DNA of 47,499 nucleotides from Gemmatimonadales bacterium (GTDB lineage: Bacteria; Gemmatimonadota; Gemmatimonadetes; Gemmatimonadales; GWC2-71-9): the NCBI GenBank assembly GCA_041576235.1, contig JBFGLJ010000002.1, positions 1 through 47,499 on the forward strand, given 5' to 3'. The position numbers and the translations under genes are program-made. The notes beneath the pieces are model-generated. The model made no database searches. It saw only the letters and a program-made list of their open reading frames with translations, and was not told the origin of the DNA. This document shows, piece by piece, positions 8,809 through 15,332 of this stretch. How positions within the stretch are numbered: position 1 is the first letter of the stretch; each line of letters begins with the position of its first letter.

Positions 8809-9957
8809 GTGACGCTCGACCTCCTGCCCGCCATCCTGTGGCTGGCACCGTTCGTGGTGTTCATCCGCCTGGCCCGGCGGACGCCCCAGCTGACCGACGC
8901 CACACCGGCCACCGACGGGCTGGTGAGTGTGATCATTCCCGCCCGGAACGAAGCGCAGAATATCGAGACCGTAATCCGCTCGATCCTGGCCACGTCCTAC
9001 CATCCAATCGAAGTGCTGGTGGTGGACGACCGCTCGACCGACCGGACCGCGGCCATCGTCGACGCCCTGGCGAAAGAGGACCAGCGGGTGCGGCTCATTG
9101 CCGGCGAGCCCCTGCCCCAGGGCTGGTTCGGGAAGCCGTGGGCCTGTGTTCAAGGCTACCGGCAGGCCACCGGGAACCGCATCCTCTTCACCGATGCCGA
9201 CACCCGCCACCAGCCGGCGCTCCTCGGCTACGCGGTGGGCGCCGCCATGGAACACCAAGCCGATCTGCTCACCATCGCCCCGCGCCAGGAATGCGTCACG
9301 CTTTGGGAACGCCTGGTCATGCCCCAGATCGTCTTGATCTTGGGCTACCGGTATCACCCGCGGGTGGTGAACCGGGCCCGGCGGAGGCGAGGGGTCATCG
9401 CCAACGGACAATTCATCTTCGTCACCCGCGAGAGCTACGAGGCCATCGGGACCCACGCGGCGGTCAAGGGCGAGGTCGCCGAAGACCTGGCCTTGGCCCA
9501 GCGCTTCTTCGCCGCGGGACATAGGCTCTACCTGGCCTTCGCCGAGTCGCTCATGACCACCCGCATGTACCGGAGCCTGGGCGACCTGATCGAAGGCTGG
9601 GCCAAGAACGTGTTCCTGGGCGGCCGGCAATCCTTCCCGGATGAACCGCTGCGCCGGGCCATCCTGCCCCTCCTCTTGGCCCCCACCGCGCTGTTCTGGC
9701 TGATTCCGCCGGTTGTTCTGGCCCTGGGGCTGGCCGGGCTGCTCCCGGCCTGGACCCGTGCCGCGGCAGCGGCCACGCTCCTCTCGCTCGGGTTCTGGGG
9801 CATCGTGTCGTACGGGATGCAGATCCCCGTGCGCTACGCCATCGGCTATCCGCTGGGGGCGGCGATGGCGGCCTACATCTTCCTCCGGTCGCTGTGGCGG
9901 GGAGAGAAGGTGACGTGGCGGGGGAGAGAGTATGGAGTCGTGAGTCGTGAGTCGTGA
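8809..9957 (+). CDS. family 2 glycosyltransferase with C-terminal membrane domain
   Basis: VSVIIPARNE, VVDDRSTD, FTDADT motifs and multi-TM C-terminus. The last codons and the TGA stop are encoded by heptamer tract 2. Confidence 0.85.
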   Translation: MTLDLLPAILWLAPFVVFIRLARRTPQLTDATPATDGLVSVIIPARNEAQNIETVIRSILATSYHPIEVLVVDDRSTDRTAAIVDALAKEDQRVRLIAGEPLPQGWFGKPWACVQGYRQATGNRILFTDADTRHQPALLGYAVGAAMEHQADLLTIAPRQECVTLWERLVMPQIVLILGYRYHPRVVNRARRRRGVIANGQFIFVTRESYEAIGTHAAVKGEVAEDLALAQRFFAAGHRLYLAFAESLMTTRMYRSLGDLIEGWAKNVFLGGRQSFPDEPLRRAILPLLLAPTALFWLIPPVVLALGLAGLLPAWTRAAAAATLLSLGFWGIVSYGMQIPVRYAIGYPLGAAMAAYIFLRSLWRGEKVTWRGREYGVVSRES

Positions 9958-9962
9958 GTCGT
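9935..9962 (+). repeat. heptamer tract 2: (GAGTCGT)x4, perfect
   Basis: Four exact tandem 7-bp units; TGA occurs in all three forward frames across the tract. Confidence 0.9.
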
Positions 9963-10072
9963 TCACGAGACCAGTGTTGGTGCTAGAACGATTGCTCGCG
10001 CGTAGGTTTGCGTCGCCCAACTGATGCCCCGGTCGTAACCATCAGGATCTGGATCCTGGGCCGACGGCAAGG

Positions 10073-10432
10073 ATGGGAGACTTTAAGCAACTGAAGGCCT
10101 GGCGGAAGGCGCACCAGCTCGTCCTAGCTGTCTACCAGGCAACAGCTAAGTTCCCTCATGAGGAGCGGTATGGGCTCCGGGGTCAACTGCGTAGAGCGGC
10201 GGCCTCGGTCCCAGCCAATATCGCTGAAGGATGTGGCCGCCGTGGAGACGGAGACTTGTGCCGATTCTTAGGTATTGCCTTGGGATCTGCTGCAGAGCTA
10301 GAGTATCACTGTTACCTGGCCCGAGTTTTGGGGCTTCTCACCGGAGATGTTGCACAGCGATTGATGGACGACTCCATTGAGGTTCAGAAGATGTTGGCCT
10401 CGTTTATCCGGTTTCTGAGGCGAGCTAGATGA
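10073..10432 (+). CDS. four-helix-bundle protein (23S rRNA intervening-sequence protein / Avd family)
   Basis: Family signature RGQLRRAAASVPANIAEGCGRR...FLGIALGSAAELEYHCYLA, 119 aa, lower GC than flanks. Confidence 0.9.
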   Translation: MGDFKQLKAWRKAHQLVLAVYQATAKFPHEERYGLRGQLRRAAASVPANIAEGCGRRGDGDLCRFLGIALGSAAELEYHCYLARVLGLLTGDVAQRLMDDSIEVQKMLASFIRFLRRAR

Positions 10433-10451
10433 TTGCAATGCCCTTGAATGA

Positions 10452-10535
10452 AGTCTTAAGTCTCTAGTCTGTAGTCTCATGTCTCAGGTCTCACGACTAG
10501 TCCTCACGTCTCACGACTCATGTCTCAGGACTCCA
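10452..10535 (-). repeat. heptamer tract 3: about 12 degenerate 7-bp units in inverse orientation (AGTCTCA / CGACTCA type)
   Basis: 7-bp periodicity read directly: agtctta agtctct agtctgt agtctca tgtctca ggtctca cgactag tcctcac gtctcac gactcat gtctcag gactcca. This is the reverse complement of the GAGTCGT/GAGACNT units. Confidence 0.8.
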
Positions 10536-10539
10536 CTCC

Positions 10540-10794
10540 ATGATGAAACTCTCCCTCACCCGTGACATGGTCGACGCGCTGGATGACGCCGTCGACAAGC
10601 CCGACTGGCTCATCGCCGAGGTGGAGCGGATGAAGACCTCCGGCGAGCCCTACGAGCTGACCTTGATACCCGAGCAGAGCACGGCGCTCGAGGAGCTGTG
10701 CACCATGAACATCCGCTTCGACGCCGAGGGCAATGTGAGGGCCGAGCACATGGCGCTCGAGGAATTGTCGAATCTGGTGATGGAGAATTACTAG
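10540..10794 (+). CDS. small acidic hypothetical protein (84 aa)
   Basis: ORF bracketed by inverted heptamer tracts 3 and 4. No recognisable motif; composition is coding-like. Confidence 0.5.
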   Translation: MMKLSLTRDMVDALDDAVDKPDWLIAEVERMKTSGEPYELTLIPEQSTALEELCTMNIRFDAEGNVRAEHMALEELSNLVMENY

Positions 10795-10796
10795 AA

Positions 10797-10845
10797 GACT
10801 TGAGACTTGAGTCGTGAGTCGAGAGTCTGCGGTCATCAGTCGTCG
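10797..10845 (+). repeat. heptamer tract 4: GACTTGA GACTTGA GTCGTGA GTCGAGA GTCTGCG GTCATCA GTCGTCG
   Basis: 7 tandem 7-bp units starting 3 nt after the stop of the 84-aa ORF. Confidence 0.75.
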
Positions 10846-11125
10846 GGCGGCGGTCTGCAGTTCCCGGTTTGAGCCTCTTGGCACTTGGCAACACCTCGTA
10901 TACGAAGTGACTCCTCGGGCCCACTTCCCGTCCCGTTCACCCACCCGCATTAGGGTGCGGTTTCCGCAGTCATCCTCCCCGCAGGCTACTTGCAAGGGCA
11001 ATCCCTAAACGTGATGGCGGGGGGGCGTATGAATGCAGGCTGGCCGGCCGTTCTGGCTGATATATGGCAGGACTGGCAGGATCGGCTCATTTTTCTGCAG
11101 TCTAGTACTCGTTAGGCGGCGTCAC

Positions 11126-11653
11126 GTGAAGCGCGATATCTACCCATTACTCCCGGTCATTGCGGCAACCCTCGCCCTCTTCTGGATCGTACCTGGCGTA
11201 CCCTTCGCTCATTTGGACGATCCCAGCTACTGGGGAGTGATAGGCTATGGATTGACACTCGTGGTGGTCGTCACCCGCGTGCTCGGGCGCCGATCAGATG
11301 CGTCCGAACGCCGGTGGTTGATCGGCTTCCTGGTGGGGATGCCGTTGATATACATAGCGGCTTGGCTGCGCTTTGGTGGCGCTGCTTCCTGGTTGGCGAT
11401 CGAGTTCGTGGGGCTTGTCCTCTTCTCTGGCATCGCATGGCTGTCAGTTCGCCGATCGGTGTGGTTCTTACCGTCAGGCATCGCTTTGCATGCGTTGTGG
11501 GACGCCGGACATTACGGAATAGCGGAATTCATCCCAAACTGGTACGTCGTGGGCTGTATCGTTGCAGACGTCGCCCTAGGCCTATACATCGCCGGTCGCC
11601 TGTCCGGACTCGCGTTGGTTGCGACTCGAAGCTCCCCGCGGGACGCCGTCTAA
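11126..11653 (+). CDS. cassette ORF: integral membrane protein, unknown function
   Basis: GTG at 11126 lies 9 nt after the GTTAGGC box. About 5 predicted TM helices. The TAA stop lies inside the GTCTAAC box. Confidence 0.6.
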   Translation: MKRDIYPLLPVIAATLALFWIVPGVPFAHLDDPSYWGVIGYGLTLVVVVTRVLGRRSDASERRWLIGFLVGMPLIYIAAWLRFGGAASWLAIEFVGLVLFSGIAWLSVRRSVWFLPSGIALHALWDAGHYGIAEFIPNWYVVGCIVADVALGLYIAGRLSGLALVATRSSPRDAV

Positions 11654-11808
11654 CCAGCAAATGCACCTGACGGGGCGCGCACGCCGGTAAGGAATACAGC
11701 GTTTGTGCGGCGGCCTATGATAGTGCACGTTAAAGTGACTGATACCCGGCCTGCGGCCGGTCTCGCCAACGGGTGGGTCGCCCGCAGGTGATTTGCAGGC
11801 CGTTAGGC
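11648..11808 (+). other. attC-like recombination site A (161 bp)
   Basis: The 5' arm GTCTAAC-CA-GCAAAT-G-CACCTG pairs with the 3' arm CAGGTG-ATTTGC-AGGCC-GTTAGGC. There is one bulged G. Confidence 0.7.
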
Positions 11809-11880
11809 AGCAGCGCTACGGTTCAGAGGACCAACGCGAGGGCCGGCAGGGTCCAGATTTGGGAGGTGTCCGCGACAGCA

Positions 11881-12333
11881 ATGGATGGCCAAATTAGGAC
11901 AGCGCAGGAGATACGTAGAACCTCCGACAACAAATTGGCAGGTATTGTCCGGTTGCTACTGGCCGTGCTTTTTCTGATGACTGGTGCTATGAAGCTTGTG
12001 GTGCCAATGCTTGCCGAGGCCTGGTCCGGACAACTGCTCGCTGCGGACCTACCGCTTTCCACGTTAAGTCGCTGGACCGTTCCGTTTCTCGAGATTTTCC
12101 TAGGTATCGCTCTTGCTATCGGCGTATTTGTTCGCCCGGCGGTTATTGTGGTCATAGGCGTTATGATCGTCGCGACGTACGTTCATCTAGTCGTTGACGA
12201 TCCGACGCTGTTCCCGCTGCAGCCCACCGAGCCGATCATTCCGCTCATCGTGATTGTGATGGGTGTCTACCTTCTATGGCGCGGGGGAGGGGCTTGGAGT
12301 GGGGATCTGAGAGCGACGGGGACTGCTGTCTAA
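11881..12333 (+). CDS. cassette ORF: DoxX-family membrane protein
   Basis: GGGAGG SD-like sequence 13 nt upstream of ATG 11881. LAGIVRLLLAVLFLMTGAMKL DoxX-like N-terminus, 4 TM helices. The TAA stop lies inside the GTCTAAC box. Confidence 0.65.
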   Translation: MDGQIRTAQEIRRTSDNKLAGIVRLLLAVLFLMTGAMKLVVPMLAEAWSGQLLAADLPLSTLSRWTVPFLEIFLGIALAIGVFVRPAVIVVIGVMIVATYVHLVVDDPTLFPLQPTEPIIPLIVIVMGVYLLWRGGGAWSGDLRATGTAV

Positions 12334-12466
12334 CCGGCGTTTGCACCTGACGCGGGCGCCGCTCGATGTACGGCCTTAGATCTTCTTGAGGCGAGTTCCG
12401 TGGCCGGGCCGCTCCCGCAGACGGGCGCGGACGCTGCCGCGCAGGTGAAACGCAGATCCGTTAGGC
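12328..12466 (+). other. attC-like recombination site B (139 bp)
   Basis: The 5' arm GTCTAAC-CG-GCGTTT-G-CACCTG pairs with the 3' arm CAGGTG-AAACGC-AGATCC-GTTAGGC. Same architecture and bulge as site A, with compensatory changes. Confidence 0.7.
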
Positions 12467-12489
12467 GCCAACTTTAACAGGATCGTGCC

Positions 12490-13050
12490 GTGTGGTTGGT
12501 CTGGACTGTAACGGCGGCTTCAGCAGTAGTGGCTACCTCCTGCGTAATCCTACTTCGGGACGACTGGAGGGTGGCACCGAGGGGCTGGCAGTGCCTTGCC
12601 GGCTCCGGCGTGGCACTCGCGCTGGGGGGGCTCGGCTTCATCATCCGTTTCTGGCAGCCTCTTCCGGGCCCTTACATCGCAAACGAACTCTATCCATTGG
12701 GCCCATATGTGAACGCGTGGGCGGTGTCATTCGGTTTCATGTGGCTCGCCTACGGTCTGGCGTTCGTGACGTTGGCGCTGCGAGGCCAGCGGTCTTTCAA
12801 GATCTGGCTGGCGATGATTGCGACCTGGATTCTGGCGTGGCTCCCTCACGCCATCATCGTGCTCGGCTTTCTGACGGCGGGTGAGAACGAGCGAAGCCTG
12901 GAGCTTTACCGCGGCTGGGCAGCGGAGTGGCGCGGCCTACTTGCCCTCTCGGTTAGCGGCCTGATTCTCGTCGGGCACCTTGGGCTGAGCCTAGCGGGGT
13001 TCGTTCTCACGGGTCGAGCACTGCTGCGAGATAACAAGACTCCTGCCTAA
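12490..13050 (+). CDS. cassette ORF: integral membrane protein, unknown function
   Basis: GTG start 24 nt after the GTTAGGC box. About 5-6 TM helices. The TAA stop lies inside the GCCTAAC box (13045-13051). Confidence 0.6.
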   Translation: MWLVWTVTAASAVVATSCVILLRDDWRVAPRGWQCLAGSGVALALGGLGFIIRFWQPLPGPYIANELYPLGPYVNAWAVSFGFMWLAYGLAFVTLALRGQRSFKIWLAMIATWILAWLPHAIIVLGFLTAGENERSLELYRGWAAEWRGLLALSVSGLILVGHLGLSLAGFVLTGRALLRDNKTPA

Positions 13051-13174
13051 CAGGCCGTCAGTCCCTCGACGACGGTGCACATGAAGGCGTTCGCTCTTCC
13101 ACCAATGGCCTCGTACGGCACGATCTATCGTTGCTGCGTTGGAAACTTCCCTCACACACAGGAGGGTCCGAGCA

Positions 13175-13348
13175 ATGGCCCGGTCTTCCGTCGGACTCGA
13201 AGCGGTGTTGTCGGTCATAACATTGGCGGCCTGTGGAGCGGAGCAGGCTGAGGAATCGCGGGCGACGGGCGAGCTTGCGGCTCCTGCCGGCAACCAAGGA
13301 ACTTCGGTGCAACGGATACGAGCCTACACTGTGCTATGCCGGCCATGA
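13175..13348 (+). CDS. small putative lipoprotein (57 aa)
   Basis: AGGAGG at 13160-13165, 9 nt before ATG 13175. Signal peptide plus lipobox MARSSVGLEAVLSVITLAAC. Confidence 0.45.
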   Translation: MARSSVGLEAVLSVITLAACGAEQAEESRATGELAAPAGNQGTSVQRIRAYTVLCRP

Positions 13349-13357
13349 TTCGTTTGG

Positions 13358-13388
13358 CGCCCGCAGCAGAATAACAGATCCGTTAGGC
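13358..13388 (+). other. attC-like 3' half-site (L'-R'): GCGCCCGCAGCAGAATAACAGATCC-GTTAGGC
   Basis: Aligns with the 3' arms of sites A and B (..CGC(C)CGCAG....AG(G/A)(C/T)CC-GTTAGGC). I could not find a convincing 5' partner. Confidence 0.45.
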
Positions 13389-13420
13389 TGCGTGGAATGT
13401 GACAGCCACGGCCGTTCGCG

Positions 13421-13849
13421 TTGCTCGTGCACGCTCTGACACCGAGCGTCGAACTGAAGGTGGCGCCCAAGGCGTTTCGATTCTCCTGCCGCGGCCGGGT
13501 CGAGTCAATCGCCCCGGTCCTCTACCTCACCGGGTCAGGCGCCAACCAGCGCGTTTCCGCTGTCGGTGATTCTGCTGCGCCACCCGGACCCTACACGAGA
13601 GTTGCGTTCCTCCAGGCTTCCGCAGAGCTTGAGCTTCCCATTTCGCGCACCGATGCACTAGAAGCTTTCCTCCGCTACGCACTCGCCAAGGTTTTCAAGC
13701 GCACCTTCCTTGTGCGCCCCACGGTCTTCGTCAGTGGCATCGAATCGATCGCGGGTACCTTCGGTGGGACCGAGGCTCGTGTCCTCGAGGATGCCCTCCT
13801 GTCTGTTGGCGCGCATAGGGTCGTGTTCTTCCCGTTGCGCGCCACCTAA
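13421..13849 (+). CDS. cassette ORF: hypothetical soluble protein (142 aa)
   Basis: TTG start 33 nt after the GTTAGGC box. The stop TAA sits in ACCTAAT, immediately followed by ACTC-GTTAGGT. No motif recognised. Confidence 0.5.
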   Translation: MLVHALTPSVELKVAPKAFRFSCRGRVESIAPVLYLTGSGANQRVSAVGDSAAPPGPYTRVAFLQASAELELPISRTDALEAFLRYALAKVFKRTFLVRPTVFVSGIESIAGTFGGTEARVLEDALLSVGAHRVVFFPLRAT

Positions 13850-14019
13850 TACTCGTTAGGTCCACCGGACCCACTCTTCAACAGAGTGATGCTGCAATCC
13901 GCATGGCGGGCCTCCATCGCGTCGCTCGGCCTCTCAAGCGTAGGCTCCTCGCCAGCATGAGGGTCTTCCCGAGCTCCGCGCAGTCCGATCCCCAGCGGGG
14001 TTCCGCTGCCGATCCGGGT

Positions 14020-14127
14020 CCCTAACCGCCGTCTCCGGTGGACGGGCCTTGCAGCGGTCAGCAGAAATCGTTGATTTCGCTAAGGGTGTACTACGATGGC
14101 CCGCCACCGACATGGAACCCGTTAGGC
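14020..14127 (+). other. attC-like recombination site E (108 bp)
   Basis: The 5' arm CCCTAAC-CGCCGTCTC-CGGTGG-A-CGGGCC pairs with the 3' arm GGCCCG-CCACCG-ACATGGAACCC-GTTAGGC. One bulged base; a different sequence family from A and B. Confidence 0.6.
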
Positions 14128-14156
14128 CAGACAGGAGTCTCACGTGACGAACCCGA

Positions 14157-14354
14157 ATGAATAAACAGCCGCAGGACAACGACGACCGCAAGGCGATCTA
14201 CATAGGAGTGTGTGTCGGCATCGGCATCGCGATGGGCGCAGCATTTGGAGCAGCGATGGGCAGTGTCGGCGTGGGGATCGCGTTCGGAATCGCGCTCGGT
14301 GCGGCGATTGGCGCAGCAATTTCACTTTTCATCGACAAGGACGGTGCCAGCTAG
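14157..14354 (+). CDS. glycine-zipper small membrane protein (65 aa)
   Basis: Starts 30 nt after the GTTAGGC box. Consecutive GxxxG/AxxxG repeats (GIAMGAAFGAAMGSVGVGIAFGIALGAAIGAAI). Confidence 0.6.
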   Translation: MNKQPQDNDDRKAIYIGVCVGIGIAMGAAFGAAMGSVGVGIAFGIALGAAIGAAISLFIDKDGAS

Positions 14355-14620
14355 CACGGGCTCCTGCTGTCGTGCCGTGCGGCAGCATCATCGAGTTGCG
14401 CCTTCGAGCTTGGCGCGGCAGCGTTCATGGGTACTGCTCACTGTTGGCCACGCAACAGACCCCAATTCGCTAGTCGAAGACGTCGGAGGTCCGATGCGGT
14501 GACACCCCAACTGACGTACCCTCCCAAACAGTAGACGAACAACGTATCCCAAGCAGGCAGCGGCCATTCGTGGTGTTCACACAGTCCCTCAAGCCAAGAC
14601 ACTCACACCAGGACCGAACC

Positions 14621-15328
14621 ATGGGCGAGAATCGCATCATCTTCGTGCAGGGATCGTTAGATGACGTCAACAGGCAACTACCGGCGTCCGAGGAAGCCGC
14701 AAGGGACGATCCGAGCGGCATGGTGGATGCCGCCGTAGATCGTGCGCGGCAAATGACGTCCCGCGCCGTCAACCAGATTGATGCCATCTGGAGGGTAAGC
14801 AACAAGAAGGCTGCCCTCGAGTCGGCCTGGAAGGATAACGCAGCGTTCTGTGCCTATTTCGGGATCGACCACGTCAAGAAGAGACAAATCCGCGCATTAC
14901 GTCGCCGTCTGCTGAAGGTCAACCAGTGGATCGGAAGGGGACTCAAGATCAAGGTGCGCCCCGCGAATGGCCCCCGCTCCGGAAGATGCAAGAAGGGGGG
15001 CGCCGGCTTCAATAACCGCGGAAAGTTCGGTAAACGGTGGATAAACCTGTGCCCTGTCTGGTTCGGGGTGGCCAAGAAATGGGAAATCCCCCCGGACGAT
15101 CGCAGGGCGTCGATCGTTGCGCATGAAGTCGCGCACTCCCTCGCCGATATCACAGGGTTCGGTCTCTGGACCGTCGACTTGCCGAAAGGCGGTCCGAAGC
15201 GCGGCCCAAAGGAGGCGCGGGAATTCGCCAGGACAAACCCGAAGAGGGCACGGCACAATCCGGAGAACTTCGAGCACGCCCTCTTAGCGCTCATGCACCC
15301 CGATCACGTCACTGCGGAAGACGACTAA
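14621..15328 (+). CDS. putative HExxH zinc metallopeptidase-like protein
   Basis: Internal ATG at 14621. HEVAH motif followed by TVD...GG and NPENFEH, loosely reminiscent of the aspzincin/M35 layout. Lys/Arg-rich; last gene of the low-GC island. Confidence 0.55.
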   Translation: MGENRIIFVQGSLDDVNRQLPASEEAARDDPSGMVDAAVDRARQMTSRAVNQIDAIWRVSNKKAALESAWKDNAAFCAYFGIDHVKKRQIRALRRRLLKVNQWIGRGLKIKVRPANGPRSGRCKKGGAGFNNRGKFGKRWINLCPVWFGVAKKWEIPPDDRRASIVAHEVAHSLADITGFGLWTVDLPKGGPKRGPKEAREFARTNPKRARHNPENFEHALLALMHPDHVTAEDD

Positions 15329-15332
15329 GAGC

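Larger units (their letters stand above)
11111..14127 (+). mobile_element. integron-type gene cassette array without integrase in window (CALIN-like)
   Basis: Repeated GTTAGGC core-like boxes (11111, 11802, 12460, 13382, 13855 as GTTAGGT, 14121). These pair with upstream (G/C)(T/C)CTAAC inverse-core-like boxes through imperfect inverted repeats. One same-strand ORF per unit, and reduced GC. Confidence 0.7.

Noticed and set aside
8776-10020. 414-aa minus-strand ORF
   Set aside because: Antisense to the GT2 gene. Its N-terminal DSRLTTHDS-type sequence is just the translated heptamer repeat.
10073-10432. Diversity-generating retroelement around the Avd-family gene
   Set aside because: No reverse transcriptase ORF and no template/variable repeat pair is visible anywhere in the window.
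9935-10845. Heptamer tracts as a CRISPR array
   Set aside because: The units are 7 bp and directly abutting, with no spacers. That is not CRISPR architecture, and no cas genes are in the window.
10525-11001. 158-aa minus-strand ORF left of the first cassette, examined as a possible intI remnant
   Set aside because: It has no tyrosine-recombinase motifs (no R..H-x-x-R..Y pattern), and half of it is antisense to the 84-aa ORF and the heptamer tracts. No integrase-like sequence appeared in any frame of 10846-11110.
13934-14191. 85-aa minus-strand ORF
   Set aside because: It crosses attC-like site E and a cassette boundary, opposes the orientation of every cassette ORF, and has an Arg/Ser-rich low-complexity translation.
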